A stretch of 64,000 bases of DNA from an uncultured Oxalobacteraceae bacterium (GTDB lineage: Bacteria; Pseudomonadota; Gammaproteobacteria; Burkholderiales; Burkholderiaceae_D), in contig CBFGQI010000009.1 of the NCBI GenBank assembly GCA_965650885.1, positions 185 to 64,184 on the forward strand. Direction: 5' to 3'. Numbering within the stretch: position 1 is the first letter of the stretch; every line of letters starts with the position of its first letter. A model generated the notes under the pieces. It was not told the DNA's origin and did not search any database. It saw only the letters and a list, made by a program, of their open reading frames with translations. A program made the position numbers and the translations under genes. This document shows positions 1 to 12,110 of the stretch, one piece after another.

Positions 1-1385
1 CCGTTCTCGCAGCAGGCAGTCACCGTGACCATCCCCGCCTCGTTCGACCCGGCGGCGCGCGAGCTGACCGCCGAAGCGGCGCGGGCGGCCGGCTACGATG
101 CCATGACCCTGCTGGAAGAACCGCAGGCAGCCCTGTACAGCTGGATCCAGAATAGCGATGGCCGCTGGCGCAAGGAAGTGAAGCCGGGCGACATCATCCT
201 GGTGGTGGACGTGGGCGGCGGCACCAGCGACTTTTCGCTGATCGCCATCCTCGAGCGCGACGGCGTGCTGGAACCGCACCGCGTGGCGGTAGGCGACCAT
301 ATCCTGCTGGGCGGCGACAATATGGACCTGGCGCTGGCCCACCTGGTGGCGCGCAAGCTGGCCGCCAACGGCACCCAGCTCGATGCCTGGCAGATGCGTG
401 CACTGACTTACGGCTGCCGCAGCGCGAAGGAAAACCTGCTGGCCGATGCCCAGGCGGAAACCTGGCCGATCGTGGTGCCGAGCCGCGGCTCGAAACTGAT
501 CGGCGGTTCGATCCGTACCGAACTGACGCGCGCCGAAGTGTCGGGCTTCATCACCGACGGTTTCTTCCCCCAGGTGGAAGCGTCGGCGCGTCCCGCCGTG
601 CGCACCCGCGCCGGCCTGACCCAGCTTGGCCTGCCTTATGCGCAGGATGCCGCCATCACCAAACACCTGGCAGCCTTCCTGGCCCGCCAGGCCGGCGCCA
701 CGGCGGCACTGGAAGGCTTTGCCGGCAGCGCCAGCGCGGAGCACAGTTTCCTGCATCCGAGCGCGGTGCTGTTCAATGGCGGCGTGTTCAAGTCTGAGCT
801 GCTGGCCAGGCGCGTGATGGACACCATCAACGGCTGGCTGGCGGCGGAGGGCGCGGAATCCGCCCGCATGCTGGGCGGCGCCGACCTGGACCTGGCCGTG
901 GCGCGCGGTGCGGCTTATTACAGCTACGTGCGGCGTGGCGCCGGCGTGCGCATCCGCGGCGGCACGGCGCGTTCCTATTATGTGGCGGTGGAATCGTCGA
1001 TGCCTGCCATCCCGGGCATGGAGCCGCCGATCCAGGCACTGTGCGTCGCCCCCTTCGGCATGGAAGAAGGCAGCGAGCTGGAATTGCCGGGTCAGGAATT
1101 CGGCCTGGTGGTGGGCGAGCCGGTGCACTTCCGCTTCTTCGGTTCCTCCGTGCGCCGCCAGGACCAGATCGGCACCGTGCTCGATTTCTGGGGCCCGGAC
1201 GAACTGATTGAACTCAACGAAATCCAGGCTACGCTGTCGCCGGAAGGCCGCGCCGTTGGCGAAGTGGTGCAAGTCCACCTGCACGCCTACGCCAGCGAGG
1301 CCGGAACGCTGGAACTGCTGGCGGTGGCGCAGGATGGCCAACGCTGGAAGGTCGAATTCGACGTGCGCGGCGCCGGCGAAGGCCA

Positions 1386-1389
<4 letters not shown>
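1..1389 (+). CDS. Hsp70-family (actin-like ATPase fold) protein, 5' end cut by window edge
   Basis: Reading frame is open from nt 1. Hsp70 nucleotide-binding motifs are present (TIPASFD, LLEEPQAALY, VVDVGGGTSDFS, LGGDNMDLALA), followed by a beta-rich C-terminal part. Its stop overlaps the next start as ATGA at 1386-1389. Confidence 0.8.
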
Positions 1390-4215
<2,826 letters not shown>

Positions 4216-4223
<8 letters not shown>

Positions 4224-4851
4224 TGGCGCCGCGCGCCGCCTGCTCCTGCTGCTGCGCGACGAAACCGTCGAAGGCCGCCAGCACGCCATCGTAGCGGTGC
4301 GGCGCGTGTTCCAGTTGCGCCAGCGCGTAGCATGCCGCTTCCAGCGTCGAGAGCTGGTCGGGTGCGTGCGCCTTGCGGATCAGGTAATGCGACGGCGGCG
4401 TGCCGCGCAGCGGCAGGCGCGGCAAAGCCTGCAAGGCCGGGTTCAGGTACAGCATCTTGCGGCTCTTGCGCCAGGTGGCGTCCAGCACCACCAGGCGCAG
4501 TTGGGCAGGCGGCGTGCCCGCACGGTACGGCGGCGGCGCGGCGATGCCGAGCGAACGGTCGCCGGGCGTGTCGGGGTACAGCAGCACCGGCTGCCGGCCA
4601 TCCTGGCCCAGCAAGCCTTGCAGATGGTTCGCCTCGAACTGCTCGCCGGTTTCGATGCGGCTGCCCGGCAGGCACAGATGCAACAGGCGCGCACTGCCCT
4701 TGGCGTTGGCCACTTCCATCGGATGCTGCAGGATCAGGACGTCGACTTCGCTTGGCGCCGGCGACGCCCAGTGGCAGATGCAGGTGGCGGCGGGGCGCAG
4801 GCAGGTGGCGCACATCGGTCGCCGCGGCAGGATACTCATGCCGCGGATCAT
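4216..4851 (-). CDS. DTW-domain protein (tRNA-uridine aminocarboxypropyltransferase family, TapT/TuaA-like)
   Basis: N-terminal Cys cluster (CATCLRPAATCIC) and a D-x-T-W motif (VVLDATWRKSRKM). Alternative ATG at 4839. The start lies 3 nt after the tssA stop. Confidence 0.75.
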
Positions 4852-4854
4852 ACA

Positions 4855-5739
4855 CTAGGCCGATGGTCGCGCGCCCAGCAATTCTTCCAGCTGCGCGATC
4901 TGCGCCGGATCCTTGACCACGGCACGCAGCCACTCGTGCAGCGGCAATTCGCCCCAGCTGGCCGCCTTGTCGGCCAGGTAGGCGACGGGACTATGCGGCT
5001 CGCTGCGGCGGAAGAACTCCGCCACCAGGCGCAGCTGCGCCAGCGCCTGCGCGCGCGACTGCGGCATGGCGGGCTGGCCGGCAGCGTAGCCGCCGCCGGT
5101 GCCGCTGGCACCGCCGGCGCCGGCAGCGGTAGCGCCGCCACTGGCCGACGGCGCATTGCACTCCGCATCGGCAACGGCCTGCTGCAGGGCTTCACGCGCC
5201 GGCCCGAAAGCTGGACCGGCGGCGCCCAGGCGGGCGTCGACGACGGCTTGCAATTGCTGCAGGGCCGACAAGCAATGCCGCGCATCGTGCAGGCAAGCCT
5301 CGGCATCGCCTTCGCATGGGTAATCGCGCGCCAGCGCCGGGGTGCGCCCCAGCAGCCAGGCCAGGTTGCCGCTGCGCTGCTCATGCTCGCCGCCTTCGGG
5401 CAAGGGGTGGACATGCTCCCAGAACCGCTCGCACAGGCCGGCCAGCAGCAGGAAGCCATCGCCCAGCCCGCGCAGGCGGTGGGTGTGGGCACGCGCTTCC
5501 GCCAGCCACACCGCCAGGCGCAAATCCTTGCTGCGCGAGCGCAGCAGCTCGGCGCAGCGGTTTGCCACCAATGGCCAATCGGCGCTATGCAATGGCGCGG
5601 TCCACTCGCCCTGTTCCAGCGTCGGGTCGTCCTGCCGCCGCGCGGCCGCGATGGCATCCATGCAGGCGTCGAACGACACATCTTCCCCGCAGGGCTGGCT
5701 GACGCTGACCGGCACCAGTAAATCCTCATTGGTAAACAT
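4855..5739 (-). CDS. tssA: T6SS TssA/ImpA-family protein (short, N-terminal ImpA domain type)
   Basis: ImpA_N-like N-terminus (PVSVSQPCGEDVSFDACMDAI ... SKDLRLAVWLAEA). Last T6SS gene after clpV. GGGGGA RBS upstream of the ATG. Confidence 0.75.
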   Translation of the reverse strand: MFTNEDLLVPVSVSQPCGEDVSFDACMDAIAAARRQDDPTLEQGEWTAPLHSADWPLVANRCAELLRSRSKDLRLAVWLAEARAHTHRLRGLGDGFLLLAGLCERFWEHVHPLPEGGEHEQRSGNLAWLLGRTPALARDYPCEGDAEACLHDARHCLSALQQLQAVVDARLGAAGPAFGPAREALQQAVADAECNAPSASGGATAAGAGGASGTGGGYAAGQPAMPQSRAQALAQLRLVAEFFRRSEPHSPVAYLADKAASWGELPLHEWLRAVVKDPAQIAQLEELLGARPSA

Positions 5740-5747
5740 GGTTCCCC

Positions 5748-8354
5748 CTACCTGGTCGTGATGCGGAACTGGCCCTGGCGCGTGACGCCGGCCCGGATCT
5801 TCGCCAGCGGCGCGCCTTCCGCCATGCGTGCCAGCAGCACGTCGGCCAGGCCGGGCAACAGGCTGCCATGCAGGATATTGTCGATATTGCGCGCGCCCGA
5901 ATCGGTTTCGGTGCAGCGCGCCAGTACCGCCTGCACCAATGCCTCATCCCAGCAGAATTCCGCGTGGTGCTGCTCGCCGATGCGCTGGCCGATGCGGCCC
6001 AGCTTGAGCGCGATGACCTGGGCCAGCGCCTCGTCGGAAATCGGATAGTAGGGCACCACCTGCAGCCGGCCCAGGAAGGCGGGCTTGAAATGGCGCACCA
6101 ACTGCGGCCGCAGCAGCGTATCGAGTTGCTCCGGCGTCGGCAGCGGCGCGTCGCCGCGGTTCAGGCAGGCCTGCATGATGGCGCCCGAACCCAGGTTCGA
6201 CGTCAGCACGATGACGGTATTGCTGAAGTCGACCAGTTGCCCTTCCGCGTCTTCCAGCGTGCCGCGGTCGAACACCTGGTAGAACAGTTCCAGCACATCG
6301 GGATGCGCCTTGTCGGCTTCGTCGAGCAGCACCACGCAATACGGGTTGCGCCGCACCGCCTCGGTCAGCACGCCGCCCTCCCCGTAGCCGACGTAGCCAG
6401 GGGGCGAGCCTTTCAGGCCGGCCACGCTGTGCGGCTCCTGGTATTCGCTCATGTTGATGGTGACCAGCTTGCGCTCCCCGCCGAACAGCAGGTCGGCCAG
6501 GGCCAGCGCCGTCTCGGTCTTGCCGACACCGGACGGGCCGGTCAGCAGGAACACGCCTTTCGGCTTGCGCGGGTCGTCCAGGCCGGCGCGCGCGGTGCGC
6601 ATGCGCTGGACGATGGCGGCCACCGCATGCGCCTGTCCAAGCACGCGCGACTCCAGCGCGGGCTTGAGCTGCTGCACGGTGCGGATCTCGTCGCGCAGCA
6701 TACGCCCGACCGGAATGCCGGTCCATGCCGCGACCACGCCGGCGACCACGTGGCGGTCGACCTCCAGCGGCACCATCGGCGATTCGCGCTGCAAGGCTTG
6801 CAGCTCCTGTTGCGCACCGGCCGCCGCGGCCGCGTCGCCCTGCTGGCGCAGCGCCACCACGCGGCTGCACAAGTCGCGCTCGCGCTCGTGGCGCGCCGCC
6901 AGCTCGGCGTGCCAGGCTTGCAGGCTGCCCCGTTCGTCACGCAGGGCCGGCAGCGGTGACGGCGGAGCGCCATCCTGCCCGGCCCCGGCCTGCGCATCGC
7001 GCTCCAGCGCGGCAATGCGCACCGACAGGCGCGCGATCTGGCACGCGGCATCCTCCAGCAGCGCCGGCGGGGCGCACTGGCCCAGGGCGACCCGGGCGCA
7101 GGCCGTATCGAGCACGCCGACCGCCTTGTCCGGCAACTGGCGGCTGTTGATGTAGCGGTGGGCAAGGCGCACCGCTGCCGTCACGGCGTCGTCGCGCACG
7201 CGCACGCCGAAATGGCGCTCCATCAGCGGCACCATGGCACGCAGCATGGCCGCCGCGGTCTCCTCGTCCGGCTCCTCCACCTTGACCACCTGGAAGCGCC
7301 GCGCCAGCGCGGCGTCCTTCTCGAAATAGCGCTTGTATTCGCTCCAAGTCGTGGCGGCGATGGTGCGCAGTTCGCCGCGCGCCAGCGCAGGCTTGAGCAG
7401 GTTGGCGGCGTCGCCCTGCCCCGGCGCGCCGCCGGCACCGATCATCGTATGCGCTTCGTCAATGAACAGCACCACCGGATGCGGGCTGCTGCGCACCTCG
7501 TCGATCACATTCTTCAGGCGCGCCTCGAATTCGCCGCGTACGCTGGCGCCAGCCTGCAATAGCGCCAGGTCGAGCGCATGCAGCGCAACATTCTGCAGGG
7601 GCGGCGGCACCTCGCCGGCGGCGATACGCAGGGCCAGCCCTTCCACCACGGCGGTCTTGCCCACGCCCGCCTCGCCGGTCAGGATGGGATTGTTCTGGCG
7701 CCGGCGCAGCAGGATGTCCATCAATTGCCGCACTTGCGCCTCCCGCCCCACCACCGGATCGAGCTTGCCGTCGCGCGCCAGCTGGCACAGGTTGACCGTG
7801 TACTGGGCCAGCGCGGGCGCGGGCGTCGGCGCCGTCAACGCCTGCGCGCCGTCGGCCGGCAGCGCAGCCACGGCGTCTTCGGCCGAACCGGCGGTATATT
7901 TTTCCAGCCGGTGCTTCAAGCCATCGACCGGAAAGCGCGCGAACAGGCCGGAGATGCGGGCGGCCTGCTGCGACAGTTCCGACTCGGTCAACAACGCCAG
8001 CAGCAGATGGCCGCTGCGTACCTGGTCCGGCTGCGGCAAGGCGAGCGAGGCGATCAGCCAGGCGTGCTCCAGCATCAGTTGCAGGCGCCGGGCAAACACC
8101 GGGACCCGGGCCGCGGCGAGCCGCACGGCGGCCAGCTCGCGCCGCAAGTCCGCTTCCAACGCCGTCGGGCTGACGTCGCAGCGCCGGGCGATCGCCAGCA
8201 CGTCGCAACCGGGCTGCTCCAGCAAGGCAAGCAGCAAATGCTCGACGTCGACTTCGCCGTGTCCCATGCCAATGGCGATGTTGGCAGCGCGGGTGGCGGC
8301 ATGGCGGCAGGTGCCGTTCAGCTTTCCGATCAGGGTTTTCAACTGGATACTCAT
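5748..8354 (-). CDS. clpV: T6SS AAA+ ATPase ClpV (TssH)
   Basis: Clp N-domain followed by two Walker A boxes (GEAGVGKT, GPSGVGKT). 868 aa. Sits inside the T6SS operon. Confidence 0.95.
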   Translation of the reverse strand: MSIQLKTLIGKLNGTCRHAATRAANIAIGMGHGEVDVEHLLLALLEQPGCDVLAIARRCDVSPTALEADLRRELAAVRLAAARVPVFARRLQLMLEHAWLIASLALPQPDQVRSGHLLLALLTESELSQQAARISGLFARFPVDGLKHRLEKYTAGSAEDAVAALPADGAQALTAPTPAPALAQYTVNLCQLARDGKLDPVVGREAQVRQLMDILLRRRQNNPILTGEAGVGKTAVVEGLALRIAAGEVPPPLQNVALHALDLALLQAGASVRGEFEARLKNVIDEVRSSPHPVVLFIDEAHTMIGAGGAPGQGDAANLLKPALARGELRTIAATTWSEYKRYFEKDAALARRFQVVKVEEPDEETAAAMLRAMVPLMERHFGVRVRDDAVTAAVRLAHRYINSRQLPDKAVGVLDTACARVALGQCAPPALLEDAACQIARLSVRIAALERDAQAGAGQDGAPPSPLPALRDERGSLQAWHAELAARHERERDLCSRVVALRQQGDAAAAAGAQQELQALQRESPMVPLEVDRHVVAGVVAAWTGIPVGRMLRDEIRTVQQLKPALESRVLGQAHAVAAIVQRMRTARAGLDDPRKPKGVFLLTGPSGVGKTETALALADLLFGGERKLVTINMSEYQEPHSVAGLKGSPPGYVGYGEGGVLTEAVRRNPYCVVLLDEADKAHPDVLELFYQVFDRGTLEDAEGQLVDFSNTVIVLTSNLGSGAIMQACLNRGDAPLPTPEQLDTLLRPQLVRHFKPAFLGRLQVVPYYPISDEALAQVIALKLGRIGQRIGEQHHAEFCWDEALVQAVLARCTETDSGARNIDNILHGSLLPGLADVLLARMAEGAPLAKIRAGVTRQGQFRITTR

Positions 8355-8809
8355 GCGATGCCTCCGCGCTTGATGGAATAGTGCAGCGACGATGGCTGCA
8401 AGGCGGCACTGAAGCTGACCGCTTCACAGGTGCCCTGCGCCCGCAGCATGCCGCTGATGACGATATCGATGCGATTGACGGTGCCGGGCGATCCGGCCAG
8501 TGCGACTTCCACATTGCACAGGCGCGGCTCGTAGCGCTCCACTGCCTGCCGCACGCAGCCGCAGATGCGTCCGCGGTCTTCGCTGCCGCTATGCGACAGG
8601 CCGGCGAAATCGGCCAGGCCGAAGTTCAGGATCGAGGCGGCGCACTCAGGGTAGGCCTGCAGCAGTTGCTGCGGCAGCGCCGTACGGGTATTGAGCAGGA
8701 TTTCCAGGTCGCGTGCCACGCTATCCTTCAATTGTTCCTGCGACAGGAAGCGCCCGCCGGCGTGGCTTCCCAGCAAGCGCTCCAGCAATCCTGGCCTGTA
8801 GCCGTCCAT
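8351..8809 (-). CDS. tssE: T6SS baseplate protein TssE (gp25-like)
   Basis: Motifs LLERLL ... DSVARDLEILLNTR ... NFGLADFAGLS. Start chosen at the internal ATG (8809) with a GGAGA RBS. Its stop overlaps the clpV start as ATGA. Confidence 0.85.
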   Translation of the reverse strand: MDGYRPGLLERLLGSHAGGRFLSQEQLKDSVARDLEILLNTRTALPQQLLQAYPECAASILNFGLADFAGLSHSGSEDRGRICGCVRQAVERYEPRLCNVEVALAGSPGTVNRIDIVISGMLRAQGTCEAVSFSAALQPSSLHYSIKRGGIA

Positions 8810-8821
8810 GGCGCATCTCCG

Positions 8822-8856
8822 AAAAAAACGGCTGCAGCGCTGGCGCGCCGCAGCCG
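8822..8856 (-). terminator. Intrinsic terminator/attenuator hairpin between hcp and tssE
   Basis: On the minus strand: GCGGCTGCGGCGC-GCCA-GCGCTGCAGCCG followed by T7. The 12-bp stem has one mismatch. It starts 16 nt after the hcp stop. Confidence 0.65.
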
Positions 8857-8871
8857 CAACTCCCTCCAAAA

Positions 8872-9363
8872 TCAGACGATGCGGTTGGCCGCCAAGTCCC
8901 AGCCGCCCGAGGTGTTGCCGCCCACGCCGCCGGAAATGCGTTGTTGCGTGTACTTCCAGCGCACTTTGGAGAACTTCATGCCCACTTCCTCGGTCAGGAT
9001 GTCGCCCTCGCTTACCGACGGCGACACCGCGCCGATCAGCACGTTATCCAGTTCGATTTCGAAGTATTTGACCCGCTCGCCCTGCGCATCGGCACGCATG
9101 AATTCCAGCTTGGCCTTGGGGATGGTGCGCCCGGCCGCACAGGTTTGCAGCAGGATCGGCGAAGCCAGGTCGGCCAGCTTGGTGATCACGACATCGCGGT
9201 GCTCGCAACGCTCGGCCGTATGGCCGCCGCCGGTGGAGGACGTGGCCGAACGCGGCTGCTCAACCGCCCAGCTGACCGATTTGCACTCGATCCAGTCCTT
9301 GTGGCGGTCATCGGCCGATTCGCCCTTGATGCCGTCGATATGCAGGTAGACGTCAATTGCCAT
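8872..9363 (-). CDS. hcp: T6SS inner tube protein Hcp (TssD)
   Basis: MAIDVYLHIDGIKGESADDRHKDWIECKSVSWAVEQP is a classic Hcp N-terminus. 163 aa. Confidence 0.95.
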   Translation of the reverse strand: MAIDVYLHIDGIKGESADDRHKDWIECKSVSWAVEQPRSATSSTGGGHTAERCEHRDVVITKLADLASPILLQTCAAGRTIPKAKLEFMRADAQGERVKYFEIELDNVLIGAVSPSVSEGDILTEEVGMKFSKVRWKYTQQRISGGVGGNTSGGWDLAANRIV

Positions 9364-9377
9364 CGCAATACTCCTTT

Positions 9378-10859
9378 TCAGTGGTTGGTGGTTTGCGGCA
9401 GTTCCGCCACGAGGCGGAGCGACACCGTCAGCTCGTCGAGCTGGAAGTGGGGCCGCAGGAAACTCACGGCCCGGAATACGCCGGGACGCCCCGGCATCTC
9501 GCTGACCTGGACCGATGCTTCGCGCAGCGGAAACAGTGCTTTCTGTTCCTGGCTGGCGTTATCGTCCAGCAGCACGTATTTCATCAGCCAGCGGTTCAGG
9601 AAGTCTTCGACATTGGCGGCGGCGGCGAAGCTGCCGATCTTGTCGCGCATCATGGCCTTCATGTAGTGCGCGATGCGCGACACGGCAAAGATGTATTGCA
9701 ACTGGGACGACAGCACGGCATTGGCATTGGCGGCCTCGGAGCTGTAACGCATGGTCTTTTGCGCCGACTGCGCGCCGAAAAAGGCGGCATAGGCAGTGTT
9801 CTTGCAATGGACCAGGGAAATGAAGCCCAGATCGCTCAGTTCCTTCTCGCGCCGGTCGGTGATGGCCACCTCGGTCGGGCATTTCAGCGCCACCTCGCCT
9901 TCGTCGGTCTTGAAGGTATGGGTCGGCAAGTCGTCCACCAGGCCGCCGCCCTCCACGCCACGGATGGCGGCGCACCAGCCGAACTGCTCGTGCGCCTTGG
10001 TCAAGCGGGCGCCAAACGCATAGGCGGCATTGCACCACAGGTATTTATGGTGGTCGCGGCCGTCCACCTCCTCGACGAAATTGAAGCCTTCCACCGTGGT
10101 ACCGTCGACGGGATTGTAGGGCAGGCGACCGAGGAAGCGCGGCAGCGTCAAGCCCACGTAGCGTGCATCTTCGGATTCGCGGAACGCCTTCCACTTCGCG
10201 TATTCGACGGTATCGAACACCTTGGCCAGGTCCCGCGGCTTGCCCAGGTCGCCGTAGCTCTCCAGGCCGAACAGTTCGGGCGCCGCTGCGCTGATGAACG
10301 GTGCGTGGGCCGCCGCTGCCAGGTGCGACATCTGTTCGATGAAATAGATATCTTCCGGCTGCCGCGAAATCTCGAAGTCCCCCAGCAGCGCCGCATACGG
10401 CGAACCGCCGAAGGTGCCGAATTCCTCCTCATAGACTTTCTTGAAGATGGTGCTCTGGTCGAACTCCAGCGCGCTCTGGAAATCGCGTACCAGTTCGCGC
10501 TTGCTGGCGTTCAGCATGCGCACTTTCAGCGTCGGTCCGCTTGCCGTGTTGCGCACCAGGTAATGCAGGCCGGTCCAGCTGCGTTCGAGGTTCTGGAACG
10601 CCGGCGTGTGCATGATGGCGCTCAACTGGTCGGAGATCATGCGGTCCAGCTCCGCCACCCGCGCATCGATGGTGGCCGACAGGTTATGCGACATCTGCAC
10701 GCTGCCCTGCACCACCTGGCGCGCCAGCTCACCGATGATGTGGCGCGCGCGTTCGTGTTCGCTGCTGGACTTGGCCACCTTGCTTTCCTCGACAATGCGG
10801 TCCAGCAGGTCGCCCTCTTCCGCTACGGCCGGCGCGGCGGCCATCAATTGCGCACTCAT
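9378..10859 (-). CDS. tssC: T6SS contractile sheath large subunit TssC (VipB)
   Basis: Roughly 490 aa with sheath motifs (GDFEISRQPEDIYFIEQMSHLAAAAHAPFISAA). ATG at 10859 is preceded by a GGAGGA RBS. Confidence 0.95.
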   Translation of the reverse strand: MSAQLMAAAPAVAEEGDLLDRIVEESKVAKSSSEHERARHIIGELARQVVQGSVQMSHNLSATIDARVAELDRMISDQLSAIMHTPAFQNLERSWTGLHYLVRNTASGPTLKVRMLNASKRELVRDFQSALEFDQSTIFKKVYEEEFGTFGGSPYAALLGDFEISRQPEDIYFIEQMSHLAAAAHAPFISAAAPELFGLESYGDLGKPRDLAKVFDTVEYAKWKAFRESEDARYVGLTLPRFLGRLPYNPVDGTTVEGFNFVEEVDGRDHHKYLWCNAAYAFGARLTKAHEQFGWCAAIRGVEGGGLVDDLPTHTFKTDEGEVALKCPTEVAITDRREKELSDLGFISLVHCKNTAYAAFFGAQSAQKTMRYSSEAANANAVLSSQLQYIFAVSRIAHYMKAMMRDKIGSFAAAANVEDFLNRWLMKYVLLDDNASQEQKALFPLREASVQVSEMPGRPGVFRAVSFLRPHFQLDELTVSLRLVAELPQTTNH

Positions 10860-10860
10860 G

Positions 10861-11355
10861 TCATTCCTCCTTGGGCGCAATGGCCGCCAACTGTTCCGTG
10901 TTTTGCAGCACTTCGCTCAGCAGATCTTCCAGCCGGTCGTTGCCTGCCAGCTTGTTGCGCAGGTCGGCCAGCTTGCCGCGCGCCTCGAGCAGCTTGCCCA
11001 GTGGCTCGACCTGGTGCACGATCGCTTCCGGCCGGAAGTCCTGCATCGACTGGAAGCGCAGCTGCACCGGGAATTCCCCTGCGCCGCCCAAGCGGTTCTC
11101 CACCTGGAAATTCAGTACCGGGTCGACCCCGGCCAGCACTTCGTCGAAGTTGTTGCTGTCGATATTGACGAAGTTGCGCTCCTTCAGCCGCTTTGGCGGC
11201 AGCGCCGGGTTGCCCCCAAAATCGCCCATGACACCGACCACGAAGGGCAGTTCCTTGTTTTCCATGGCATCGCCGACTTCCACGTCATAGGTCATCTGCA
11301 CGCGCGGCGGACGGACCTTGGTCAGGCGTTTCTGCACACTGTCACGATTTGCCAT
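10861..11355 (-). CDS. tssB: T6SS contractile sheath small subunit TssB (VipA)
   Basis: MANRDSVQKRL..RVQMTYDVEVGDAMENKELPFVVGVMGDF. The internal ATG at 11355 was chosen over the longer Arg/Pro-rich ORF start. Confidence 0.95.
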   Translation of the reverse strand: MANRDSVQKRLTKVRPPRVQMTYDVEVGDAMENKELPFVVGVMGDFGGNPALPPKRLKERNFVNIDSNNFDEVLAGVDPVLNFQVENRLGGAGEFPVQLRFQSMQDFRPEAIVHQVEPLGKLLEARGKLADLRNKLAGNDRLEDLLSEVLQNTEQLAAIAPKEE

Positions 11356-11365
11356 TTGCTGCTCC

Positions 11366-11947
11366 TTATTTGAGTGCACCGAAGGGATCGGCGTTGGTGG
11401 AGGGATTGGGCGCAGTGCGCGGCGCCGGCACCTTGATCGGTGGCGCGGCCTTCCTGGGCTGGCGCGGGGCGCCGGCAACCGGCACCAGCACATCTTCGCC
11501 CAGCGTGGTGCGCAGCATGCGCGCCAGTTCCTGCGCTTCGCTGCGCACCGTGCCGCCCAGATTGCTTTGCCGGCTCAAGTCCGCCAGCGAGCGTATCGAC
11601 AAACGCAGGCCGCTGACAGCGACGATGCTGAGCGCCTGTTTGTCGCTTGGGTCACGTTGCAGCGCCTCCTGCGCCTGCACGATGGCTTCACTGTAGTTGC
11701 CGCGGTCGAAGCGCATTTGCGCCATTTGCAGCCATGGCGCCTTATCCGCCGGGTAGCTCGCCGCCGCAGCTTTCAGCGCCGCCTGCGACTTTTCCGGTTC
11801 GCCGGCCGCGGCGGCGCGGTCGGCATCGGCCATCATGCTTTCCAGCGATTGCTGAACGGCCCTCTCGCTGCGTGGCAGCGGAGCTTCTGTGGCGCAGCCT
11901 GCCAGCGTGGCGACGCCTATCAGCGTTGCAATCAATGATTTGCGCAT
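11366..11947 (-). CDS. T6SS-associated lipoprotein, helical/TPR-like with Pro-rich tail
   Basis: Signal peptide with lipobox (LIGVATLAGC). Strong RBS (GAAGGAGGGA). First gene of the tssB operon. Function unknown. Confidence 0.6.
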   Translation of the reverse strand: MRKSLIATLIGVATLAGCATEAPLPRSERAVQQSLESMMADADRAAAAGEPEKSQAALKAAAASYPADKAPWLQMAQMRFDRGNYSEAIVQAQEALQRDPSDKQALSIVAVSGLRLSIRSLADLSRQSNLGGTVRSEAQELARMLRTTLGEDVLVPVAGAPRQPRKAAPPIKVPAPRTAPNPSTNADPFGALK

Positions 11948-12042
11948 CGTTCCCTCCTTCTGCAAAGTGAAGGCCATTATCGAAGCGATGCGTGCGCTTG
12001 CCATTGCGTTGTCTCAAACAGCAGGGACTTGGCTGCCGCGCT

Positions 12043-12075
12043 GTTTGCGACAGCGCAAACGCGCACCGCGTGCGC
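12043..12075. promoter_or_regulatory. Two adjacent palindromes in the divergent T6SS promoter region (candidate operator)
   Basis: GTTTGCG-acag-CGCAAAC (12043-12060) is immediately followed by GCGCAC-cgc-GTGCGC (12061-12075). Both lie between the lipoprotein/tssB operon and tssK. Confidence 0.3.
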
Positions 12076-12110
12076 CCAGCTCTAATGGATACTCAACCAA
12101 GGAGGCCGGC

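Noticed and set aside
11366-11947. Annotating the T6SS lipoprotein as TssJ
   Set aside because: The sequence is helical/TPR-like with a long Pro-rich tail. It is not the small beta-sandwich-type TssJ pattern, so only the lipobox is shared.
12028-12049. Sigma54 (-24/-12) promoter upstream of tssK (TGGCTG...TTTGC)
   Set aside because: The GG-to-GC spacing is about 4 nt too long for the TGGCAC-N5-TTGC consensus, and no enhancer-binding-protein gene is in the locus.
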